From: Chrysemys picta bellii
Lineage: Eukaryota
Assembly: GCF_011386835.1 (NCBI RefSeq)
Contig: NC_088796.1
Span: 64,852,001-64,916,000, forward strand
DNA: 64,000 nt
Direction of reading: 5' to 3'
Part shown: piece by piece, positions 12,701 through 23,159 of the stretch
How the letters are laid out: every line of letters starts with the position of its first letter
Numbering within the stretch: position 1 is the first letter of the stretch
The notes under the pieces: model-generated
The model's database searches: none
What the model was told of the DNA's origin: nothing
Seen by the model: the letters and a program-made list of their open reading frames with translations, nothing else
Translations under genes and position numbers: made by a program

Positions 12701-13512
12701 TTGCTGTTATACAATGGATTTATATTATAAAGTCAATAAATAAATGAGAATGGCTGGGCTGATGGAAGAGATACTTGCACCAAAGCCCTGCATTCTGATT
12801 GTCTCAGGCAGTGGGAATTTTCTCTGTTTCATGCACTCTGAAGCTAATTTATTCATAAAAGTAGATGTTACTATTGGCAAAATTCAGATGTGATGTGTAA
12901 AGTGCTGTAAATTAATCTCTCTTACACTCAATGAGACACACTCAGTTCAAAGGTGAAGTGTAAGAAGAACAAGAAGTAAATTACACATTGGTTAATTGGT
13001 GTGATAAGTCTAAGGGCCAAATAGGGTTACATCTTTGTAGCTAAGAGGAAATGTGACCCTAATTACATAAGTCCTTAGGTCTTAGAAGGAGTCTATACTG
13101 GTGTAACGTACATACTGAGAGAGTGCGATGAGTGTGTGGCTTGACCTAATTTAGACTCAACACTGAATTTACTAAATTACAAGTCAGTAAGTGGGTGAGA
13201 ATCTAAGAGAGCATAAGGGCTAGATTGTGCCAAATACAGACTCCCTGTGTAAAGAATGGATTTATTCTGGGTGTGTCTGCACAGGGAGCTATTGTAGCAG
13301 TGTAGCTGCACCAATTTAACTGTGCTAGTGCAAACTTCTAGGCCAGAAGCAACAGAGGGCCCTGTGGCACCTTTAAGACTAACAGAAGTATTGGGAGCAT
13401 AAGCTTTCGTGGGTAAGAACCTCACTTCTTCACTGTGGCACCTTTAAGACTAACAGAAGTATTGGGAGCATAAACTTTCGTGGGTAAGAACCTCACTTCT
13501 TCATCTTTACTT

Positions 13513-13553
13513 GCATCTGAAGAAGTGAGGTTCTTACCCACGAAAGCTTATGC
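13513..13553 (+). ncRNA. Minimal type I hammerhead ribozyme motif in a PLE repeat
   Basis: GCAU-CUGAAGA-A-GUGAGGU(UCUU)ACCCAC-GAAA-GC-UU-AUGC: stem I GCAU/AUGC, conserved core, stem II, palindromic AGCU in place of stem III. Confidence 0.7.
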
Positions 13554-13634
13554 TCCCAATACTTCTGTTAGTCTTAAAGGTGCCACAGGACCCTCTGTTG
13601 GTTTTTACAGATTCAGACTAACACGGCTACCCCT

Positions 13635-13838
13635 AAAAAGAAGAACAGGAGGACTTGTGGCACCTTAGAGACTAACAAATTTATTAGAGCATAAGCTTTC
13701 GTGGACTACAGCCCACTTCTTCGGATGCATAGTCCACGAAAGCTTATGCTCTAATAAATTTGTTAGTCTCTAAGGTGCCACAAGTCCTCCTGTTCTTCTT
13801 TTTGCGGATACAGACTAACACAGCTGCTACTCTGAAAC
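13635..13838. mobile_element. Penelope-like inverted insertion (subfamily B) nested in subfamily A
   Basis: Inverted arms 13635-13729 and 13730-13838; 10-bp duplication ggctacccct (13625-13634, 13839-13848). Confidence 0.85.
13689..13728 (-). ncRNA. Minimal hammerhead motif, U4C core variant
   Basis: Minus strand reads GCAU-CCGAAGA-A-GUGGGC(UGUA)GUCCAC-GAAA-GC-UU-AUGC. Confidence 0.6.
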
Positions 13839-14029
13839 GGCTACCCCTCTGATTCTAGGCCAGAGTCTCAGCTATTACTACTGGCTGCATGAGACCTCCA
13901 GCATATTCTCCCAAATTGAAGTCCCTCATAACCACACATTTTTCTTTCCAATACTTATAGACAGATTTCTGTTTTCAGGCTCCCAAATTTGAAAATTTTC
14001 AGATAAATTCCTTTATCAAATCATCATCA

Positions 14030-15007
14030 AATGGGTGAATTTCTAGTGGGGTGTTGCTGGGACTGATACGAAGCTTGATGCTATTCAGCATTTTCATCAG
14101 TGAAATAAATATAAAATCACAACTGATAAAATTTGAGGATCACACAGATTGATGGAGTGGTAAAGAATGGACAGGGCAGTTGTACATAGTGGTCTGAATC
14201 ACTTCGCAAGCTGGGCCCACACAAACAAAATGTAAAGTTATACATCTAAGAACAAGGAATGCAGGCTATCCCTTCACAATGGGAGACTGTATCTTGGAAA
14301 GCAATAACTCTGAAAAGGATCTAGGGATCATAGTGAACAAATGACTTAACAAACGTCACAAGCTGTGATCCTGTGGCAAAAAGGGTTAATGAGATCTTTG
14401 GATTTATAAATGGGGGAAGGGGAGGGTAATGAGTAGGAGGAGAGAGGGAGGTGATTTTACCTCTGTATAAGGTATTGGTGAGATCAGTACAGGAATGCAG
14501 TGTATAGTTTGGGTACCCACATTTTTAAAAGGATATTGAAAAAAATTAGAGATGGTGCAGATAGGAGCCACAAAAAAGATTCAGGGCTTACAATGAGAGA
14601 CATAAAGAGTTTGGTGTGTTTATATTATCATCAAAAAGAAGATTGAGTTGATTTCATTAGTGTATAAATACCTCCTCAGGGAGAAAGTACTGGGTACTAA
14701 ACGGATCTTTGATCTAGCTGAGAAAGGCATACCAAGAACCAATGGGAGGAAGCTGAAGTCAGATACATTCAAATTAGAAACAAGACACATTTTTAGCAGT
14801 AATGATGATTAACCATTGAAACAAACTATCAAATGGATGAATGCCTATCTGGAAGATAGGCTGTAGCCAAACACAAGATATGCTTTAGTCAAACACAAGT
14901 TATTGGATTAAATACAGGGGTAAGTGGGTGAAGTTTAACAGGCTATGGTATACAGGAGTCGAGACAAGATGATCTATTAATCCCTTCTGGCTTTAAATAT
15001 CTATGAA
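14030..15007 (+). mobile_element. Old 5'-truncated CR1 LINE (RT C-terminus and 3' UTR)
   Basis: Degenerate CR1 RT text (ctattcagcattttcatcagtg; gaaaaggatctagggatcatagtg) and tail cccttctggctttaaatatctatgaa. Confidence 0.7.
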
Positions 15008-15505
15008 CCTTAACCCATATCTGATTATCAGAGGTGATGAGCATCTGGAGCTTTCAATGACTTCAGTAAGAGCTGTAGGTGCTCAACAGCTCTAAAAATC
15101 AAATCACTTATTCACATGCCCAAAAATAGATGAATAAAGGCAAAGTCTAAGGGGCCAGTTCCTCAGCTGGTGTAAACTGGTGCAACTCCTCTGAAGCCAA
15201 ATACTATTCCTAACTATTTATTTAGACGTCTTAATAACTAGCCTGACTTACAGATATGGTGAATAGCCCACTACTTTCATTGAAATCAATGAAAATCAGT
15301 CCCTTGTGACTAAAGATATAAAATCAATATTGGGTAAGGATTTAAGCATTAGGCTCCTTGGCTTTAGTGGTAACATTTTCAAAAGTGTCTAAGCGAATTA
15401 AGAGCCTTAATCCTATTTTCAAATGCGTGTTAGAAACATAGGTGTGTAAGCTCCTAAATGCCTAAATTTTGTTTGAAAATTGGACATAGGCTCTTCAGTT
15501 CCTTA

Positions 15506-15655
15506 GGGCAAAAATTTTAGAGATATTTAGACACCTAAAAATGGAGATAGGTGGCTAGTGGGATTTTCAAAAGTGCATAAGCACCTAACTCCTATTGAAA
15601 TCAATGGCACCTATCTGGCTGTTTAGAAGCCTAAATACCTTTAAAAATCTGGCGC
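15506..15655. mobile_element. Palindromic MITE, probably PIF/Harbinger
   Basis: Self-complementary body; TTA on both flanks. Confidence 0.55.
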
Positions 15656-15772
15656 TTAGTCTCTTAGCCCTAGAAGTATTGACATTGTCCAATTTATAAA
15701 GGTGAACATTAAAATTATCCAGTGACTGACATGTAGTTGTGAAGGGTACTGCAAAAGCAAGCAGAATGTTCT

Positions 15773-18700
15773 AGGCATGAGAGCTGTCTGGGACTCAAAC
15801 ACCACTTCACAGGGCTCTTAGGCACCAGTAAGTTCTGACCAGCCAGCAGTGACCTGTTATTGGGTATCAGAACTACAATCTGAACTCTGACAGAGGACTC
15901 CAGTCCTGGAATCTAGTTGGTAGAACTCAGGGGGTCCTTGTTGGTTCCCTGCTATTATTTAAACCAAGCAGAGGAGCAGGAAGTTGTCTATGCAACTGGG
16001 TTTCCCCTGCACAATCTGTTCCTCTTGCCTGACTCTGATCTCCTGGTAACCTCCCGGCCCATCCTGACACCTAACTCTCAGTTTGCTCTCTGCTCTCCTG
16101 CGCTCTGTTCCAGCCTGCCTCCTGTCTCCCAACTTCCGCTCTGACCAAAGTTCACCACCTATGTCCCAGTTGTAACAGTTTGTACAGACCACTTGGCCAC
16201 AGGAGAGGGCCCAGTGGTGGCAAAATGGACCCAGCTATCCAACTGCAGCCTTCAGAAGCACTGGACACACTCAGGTGGGTCTCTTGGCTTCAGAGAACCA
16301 GCTATTGCAGGAGCAAGTAAGACAACGGCATGCAGAAAACTCCAGACAGCTCGGTAAGTCCTGTTCCGTGATACACCTTCCAGAATGGTTTGACGGTAAT
16401 CACCAGCAATTCCAGGATTTTATAAACCAATGCCACCTCCTGTTCATGATGCATCCTCAGTTCTACAGTACTGATCGTGCAAAGTTGAGCCTCTCAGGGG
16501 AAGCATTAGACTGAGCTTCCCCTTTCTTGGAGTGCAACAGCCAGGTACTGTTGAACTGGGAGGTCTTCTTCCAAACCCTGTCAGTGCTATATGATGATCT
16601 GAACTCAGTTCTAACAGTGGAGGCTGCTCTAAGAAAGCTCTGATGGGCAGGGTGCCATAGCCTCCTATACTGCGCATTTCCACCGCCTCATGGATGATAC
16701 AGATTGAAATGAGGCAGTGCAGCTGTATCAGTTCCAGGGGTGTCTAACAGAAGAAATTAAAGATGAATTGGCCCAGGTGGGTATGCCTGAAAATCATGAA
16801 TCGCACCATCCATATAGACAATTGGTTATGAGAATGAAGGGAAGAAAAAAGAGGGGTCTTGCAACTCTCTTACCCACGTACTGTTACCGCTTCATCAGTA
16901 CCTCCCACTGAGCTGATGCAGGTTCAATGGCTCACCTCCGTAGAATAGGAATGATGATGCCAGCACCATCTCTGCTTCTACTGCAAGGTCAGATCACTCC
17001 ATTTCAGCCTGACCCATATGAACTCCAAGGAATCAGGGAAAAAAGTTCCTCCACACTTTGAGCCTGACTGAAACACACTCTGGGTTCCACCCAGGAGCCC
17101 TCCACTTGCAGCTGCTGGTCCAGTTGCACTTACTTAGGGCACCCCAGTAAATTCTTGTCCAAGCAGCCCTCATTGACTTGGGTGCAACCAAATTCTTCAT
17201 AGATGGAGCAGCAGTCCAGGTCCTGCAGAATCCCCTGCAAAACAAGGCCACTCCCAATCTCATACAGACTATTGAGGGTTCCCCTTTGTCTTCTGGTCCA
17301 GTAACAGAGGAAACAAATCCCCTGGAGGTCATGATTCAGGGGCACTGAGAAACATTCCAAATCAGCATGATCTATTCTCCATCGTTTCCCCTGATCCTCC
17401 TTATCTCCTGGCTGTCCCTCCACAATCTGCTCATTTGGTGGCAAGCACAGGAAGTCTGTTTTCTGTTAGAGTTTTGTTTGCAGCACTGTTGGGGACTGGT
17501 AGACCCTGTCCCAGCATCTAAACCCCGAGTGGCTTAGGTGGGGGAAGCTATCCAGCAAAACCTTTCATTGAAACTACATTGGAACTCCCCTCAAAATACC
17601 AAGAGTATGCCAATATTTTTTTAAAAAGGAATACAGAAACCCTGCCCAATAAAGCAACAGCCAGGAGCAAAAATACCATCTGGAAGAATTTATGTCATGT
17701 CAGAGCCTGAGCTCATAGTGCTTTGAGAATATGTCCAGGAGAACCTGGCCTGGGGGTTTATCTGTAAGCCGACCTCACTGGCTGGCACCCATCCTTTTCA
17801 TCAAGAAGAAAGATGGCAATCTCTTGCTATGCATTAACTACTCCACATTCAATCAGATAACTATCAGGAATCATTACTTGCTACCCCTGATTCCTGAGTT
17901 GCTCAATAACATGAGACTGTTTGGTACATTCAGTAAATTGGACCTCTCGGGGGAGGGGTGTACAACCTCATCCAAACTGGGCTAGAGGATAAGTGGAAGA
18001 TTGCCTTCCCAACCCGGTGTGGCTACTGTGAATATCTGGCAATGCTCTTTGGGCTAACCAACACCCCAGCCACCTTCTAACATTTTATAAATGATGTGTT
18101 CCAAGACATATTGGACCAGTATGTAGTGGATTCCTTAGATGACATATTGGTCTTCTCCAGCTACCCTAAACAGCATACTGCTCATGTCTGCATGGTCCTG
18201 GTATGTTTTATTCCATGCTTGAGAAGTGTGCCTTCAATCAGGCCTCCACAGGCCTCCACAGAGTTCTTGGGTTTCATCTTATCCCCAGAAAGGATCCAAA
18301 TGGACCCATGTCAGCATCAAGTTGTTCAAGATTGCCCAGCTGGCAATTCAGTGTGTAACCTTCAATGCTTCCTGGGGTTTGTTCCCAATTGATCCTGAAT
18401 TTTTCAAAACAAATTAAGCCCCTCATCACTCTCCTTCAGAAGAATTCCCAGTTCTGTTGGTCTCCTGAGGCCCAACATTTGTTCCTTCAGATGAAACTTG
18501 CCTTCACCTCTGCACCCATACTGGCACACCCAGATGTCACACAAGCCTTCATTGTAGAAGCTGACCCCTCCAGTACAGTGATCAGAGCTGTCCTCTCCCA
18601 ATGACTTGATCCCCAATAAGTATGACATCTACACACTTATTATTCAAGGAGCTAAACTACAATAAGATACTGCACCACAAGCCCTGTGGCCTCCTCCACC

Positions 18701-20139
18701 CCTTGGAAACGCCGTCTCAACCCTGGGCAGCTATCTATAAACTTTATTGTTGGTTTGCAGGAGTCCAACAAATTTACATCAGATGGCCCACTTCATCCTT
18801 TTCACAGGCCACCTTTCCACTGAAGAGATGGCTCAGCTATGAATTAGCTGTGTAGTCTGTCTCAATGGCTTTTCAGAGCACATCACCTCCAGTTGGGGGT
18901 CTCAGTTCATGGCATGGTTTTGGCATGAGGCCCTGCACCTGCTGGGGGTCCACACATGTCTTTCCTCTGCTTACCATCCTTTGTCCAATGGGCAGACGGA
19001 AAGGGCAAACCAAATTCTCAAGCAGTAACTATGGTGTCACATCAGTTATCACCAGGATGATTGGTCCTCACTTCACCCTTATGCAGAGTTTGCATACAAC
19101 ATGTTTCCATGCACCCACAGATCAAAGCCCCTTTTTTACCAATTATGGGTACCACCCCTGATTCCACCCAGAATTATCCACATCCTCTCCCAACCCAGCT
19201 GCCTTGGACCTAATGCTATGAATTCATTGGGCCCTGAAGAAGTGGTCAAACTATAAATGGTAAGGCCCGGCCCCACTTACGCAATGGGATAAAAGGTCTG
19301 GCTCGCCATGAAGCATCTTTATATAGACAGACCCACTCACAAGCTGAACTTTTTGATCCTTTTAGGATCCTGCGACTGGTTAAAGCAGATGCTTATGAAC
19401 TTCAACTACCCCACTCTCTGAAGATTCACTTGGTATTTCATTTATCACTTTTGAAACTCTACACCAAATACCCCTTTCCTCACAAAACCTGTCCACCTCT
19501 TTCACTAGTACATGTACAGGGCCATGAGGAATACATGGTTCATGAGGTCCTGGACTCTAATTGTAAATATGGCAGGCTCTTGTATTTTATCAACAGAGAA
19601 GTGTACAGTCCTAAGGATTGCACCTGGGAGATAGCTGAAAGTGTACATGCCCCTGCACAAGTGTTTCATAAGAATCACCTCCCAAAATTCAGTCCACTGT
19701 CACTCAGAGGGTACTGCTTGGGGAAGGGGTTATGTCAGGGACTGAGGGTCTTGAACACTACTCTAAAGGGCTCTTAAGAGCCACTAAGTCTTGACCTGCC
19801 AAGAGTGGCCACAACTATGGAGTTAACACTTATAGCCAACTCCATTCCTGATATCTGATTGGGGGAACTCCATGGGTCCTAACCTTTTTTTCCTGTTTCT
19901 GTTTATACCAAGCAGAGGAATAGGAGGTTGTCTGTGCATCTGGGTTTCCCCTATTTAAGACTGCATCCCCTGCGCTATCTACTCCTACTGCCTGACTCTC
20001 ATATCCTGATACCTGATTCTCAGTTTTCCTTCTTGCCTGTTTCAGACTATGATCTCCTGATATCCAACCTGGCCTGCCTCCCAGCTCCTGACATATGCTT
20101 CAACAAAAAGGTCAGAGCACCTGCATCCTGGTCATGATT
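15773..20139 (+). mobile_element. Decayed Ty3/Gypsy chromovirus-type LTR retrotransposon
   Basis: Diverged LTR pair (about 15773-16177 and 19733-20139); polypurine tract ggggaagggg just before the 3' LTR; gag-pol remnants between. Confidence 0.85.
16225..19720 (+). pseudogene. Gypsy gag-pol remnant (gag, protease, RT, partial RNase H, integrase, chromodomain)
   Basis: LPEWFDGNHQQFQDFINQC (gag); LIDLGAT (protease); APILFIKKKDGNLLLCINY and SLDDILVFS (RT); FTSAPILAHPD (RNase H); AYHPLSNGQTER (integrase); EYMVHEVLDS...CTWE (chromodomain). Many stops and frameshifts. Confidence 0.85.
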
Positions 20140-21646
20140 AGAACAACAAGGGAGATTCAAGAGACACGGGTTCCATTCTTGACTCTGCCAGTGACATCCC
20201 TTGCCATTTAAACTTTTAATGTTTAATTTCCCCATCTTTAAAACATGATTAATAATGCCCACATTGAGATCTTCAGATGAAAGGGTCTACACATGTCAAA
20301 AGTGCCATTATTATACCATTAATAAAGAATAATGCAAAATATAGTTGTTAGGCTGTCATTACATTTTTGAACATTTATCCATTCACTGTTGTTCTGGTGC
20401 TACCAGTAACAAATCAACACTTATTTTTCTAAATTAATCCATTTGTAGTAATTGCCATTTTAATTCTCATTTTATCAAACTCTTTTGTAGCAGAAACTTA
20501 TTCAGGTGTATTGTTCTTTTATTTTGAAAAAGATAAACAAGGAATATTAAAAGTATAAAGGAAAAAGTATCTTCCAACTTAAAGGAGAAAACACACATTT
20601 TACTCACTTTCTTGACATTTTTGAGCTCTGGAAGGAGAGTTGTTTCATTTCTAGGTGTTGACCAGCAGTTAGGAAAAAGAGTTAAAGACAAGTTGCCATA
20701 TGTGAGAGAAAGGAAACACAGAGAATATAAAGAACACACTGGAAAATAGGGAAAAGGTTAAAGTGATATTTTGTCTGGTCAGTCTTGCTTAGCAAATACC
20801 TTAAGGAATGAGTTAGTTAAAATGTCACCAACTTAATTTTTTTCTATGAAGACACAAATCAATGATTTTTTTTTTAAGTTGGAAGGAGAGGGATGGTTGG
20901 TTCCACTAAAAGAAAAATGATACAGCACTATTTAGGTTTTGTGTTATTAAAGCAAAGACCCAGAACCACATTCTGGAATTGTTACTCTTTCTTTGTGGTT
21001 TTTGGAAGTTTCTACACACTTTATTCTTTTTGGACTAAAACCTGAAACTGTTCCTTCTCAAACAGCCTTATTGCTTGCTTTCCTAACCCCAACTGTATAT
21101 TACTTGGATACAGTTATTCCTAAGAATGTATCCTTTGTGGTCTGCTAATGGGTTTGGCATTCCTTCTATTTGTAAATTTAAGCTGGGAATAGCTTTCTTC
21201 CATGTGAAAAGGGTTTGGGTAGTATCTTGGCCAAAAAAAGCAGTCATTATCATACAGTCAGAATCATCATTGCCTTTATACCAAGAGAGCAATAAAACCA
21301 AAAAAGAACAAAAGTAAAGTCTACATGTGAGAGCCTACAACGTGTCTCACTCTGCACTGAAATGAACAGATAATTGTAGCCTCTCTCTGGAAACAACAAA
21401 CAGCCAAAAATGTAAAGGTGCAGTAAGAAGACAAGAAAATCATAAGTTACATGGTTAGACTTTAAAATAAGCATTTATGGGTCATATCTAAAATGATATT
21501 TTAGTTTTAGTTAGTTTTAGTCTTGGTTCCAGACATTTCCAGGGTAATCTATTGTAAAAAAATATATATAGAATTGCTGCAGAGCTTTGTCCTCAGTTAC
21601 AACAATGCAACACCATTGGCTTTGGCTCTTGTACTTGTGATACTGG

Positions 21647-21853
21647 TGTAACACCAACAGACCCCGGTTATCGGCAGGTGGTATCAAACCTGGGGCCTCG
21701 GGAGCTTAGTGCATGAGCCTTTCCCGCATGAACTAAAAGCCAGCTGGCTGCTAGCTGAGATTGTAGAGCAGACTTCTTTTATCTCTCCCCTTAAGTAGTC
21801 TCGGCGCCACTAGATGGGACAGAACACCACCCCCAGAAGGTGTATGGGTTACA
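21647..21853 (-). mobile_element. Solo LTR containing a tRNA-like Pol III promoter (Helenus/TRIMp3-like)
   Basis: TGTAAC...GTTACA termini; 4-bp TSD ctgg (21643-21646, 21854-21857); minus-strand A-box-like TAGTTCATGCGG (21734-21723) and B-box-like GGTTTGATACC (21690-21680). Confidence 0.7.
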
Positions 21854-21907
21854 CTGGCAGATTGGTGCCAGCTCATGCCAAAGCTTTCAGTCAGTTTACA
21901 TATGTAT

Positions 21908-22893
21908 TAGTATAGATCAAAGTAATTTTTAAATGTATAAAAATGTATTTGATGTTTAAACTTCATGAAAACTAGCTGGATGTTACATGCATTGTTTTCA
22001 CTTATCTGCATCCTGTTATAATGTAATAGCAAACATTTACATTGTGTATACTTCTGTAACTAAATAACCCATCAAATGAGCCATCAAGTGAGAAAGAAGC
22101 CTTGTAAAATGCAAATGAATAACTTTAACAGATTCATGCTAATTTCAAAGCAAGTGGTTATTGTGTGTGATGATTGGAGGTCAAAGACTCAAAATGCATT
22201 CCTCACTCTCCATCATCAAAGGAAAAGCCCAAGTGGGTAGCGACCCTGTCAGCTTGTTTGCAATATGAACAAGCTGTAAGTATGGATTCAGGGAAAGATC
22301 CTTCATCTCTGGAGTGTTTGGATTCTAACAGGGCAGAATAACTGAATGAGAAGATGGACATCCCCAGAGTTATTTTGGGTAGTCTTAGAGACTTTGGGGA
22401 AACTGGCAGATTAATACATCTCTGCTAACATCTGGAATTATAGATGGTGATTCACCTGTACATATACATTACCTGCTTTAACCTCTCAATAACTCTCATT
22501 TCTTTTTCTTAGCTAATAAACCTTTAGTTAGTTTACTATAGAATTGGCTACCAGTATTATCTTAGGAGTAAGATCTAAAGTACCAATTGATCTGGGGTAA
22601 GTGACTGGTCTCTTGGGACTGAAAGGAACCTAAATGTGATTTGATCTTTGGTGTAAGTGACAATTTATCACTAAGTCCAGTTTGCCTGGGTTGTAATATA
22701 GACTGGAGAGTCTAAGGGGACTGTCTGTGACTCCATGGTAACACTGGTGTAGTGATCTAGGAGTTCACATTTGTTACTGGCTTGGTGAAATTTAATTATA
22801 GAACACGTCACCAGTGTGGAGTGTCTTCTGTTTTCTGACAGTCTGCCCTGAGGTAGGCACTCACAGTTGTGAGCCGCTCCAGACAGCGTGACA
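21908..22893 (+). mobile_element. Solo LTR (ERV- or Gypsy-type)
   Basis: Ends ...gagccgctccagacagcgtgaca; possible 4-bp TSD gtat; 5' boundary inferred. Confidence 0.55.
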
Positions 22894-23159
22894 GTATTCA
22901 AATATGATTTTTAAAAAATGTATTAAGGAAAAGTTACAATAAAATATTTACTACATTGTACATTACTTAGGTTTAGGTTAATATTCAAAGAACCTGGTTA
23001 AAGATTCTGGCTTGCTGGCTGGGAAGTCCTCCTCCTCTGAGTATGCTAGAAATGGTGACAAAATTTCTAAATATCTATCTTCTTTTGGTGTTTCTCGTGT
23101 ACATCTACTTGATGTGAAAGCTTTTCCATTACCAAGATAGAATTATGGTATAGTAAAAT

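Larger units (their letters stand above)
13348..13852. mobile_element. Penelope-like inverted terminal-repeat insertion (subfamily A)
   Basis: 12-bp flanking duplication ttctaggccaga (13336-13347, 13853-13864); minus arm with a 71-bp tandem duplication (13362-13432, 13433-13503); inverted plus arm from 13513. Confidence 0.85.

Noticed and set aside
13362-13503. 71-bp direct repeat pair, superficially CRISPR-like
   Set aside because: No spacers, eukaryotic context; it is a tandem duplication within a PLE arm. Both hammerhead copies there lack C3 and the 5' strand of stem I.
16225-19720. Domesticated sushi-like gene (PEG10/RTL1 type)
   Set aside because: Both LTRs present, numerous stops and frameshifts, catalytic motifs degraded.
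20608-21386. Two small minus-strand exon candidates (21351-21386 and about 20608-20650)
   Set aside because: Joinable in more than one frame with no recognisable product; indistinguishable from chance splice matches.
21672-21741. Functional tRNA gene
   Set aside because: Acceptor and anticodon stems do not pair properly, both boxes are degenerate, and it lies inside an LTR.
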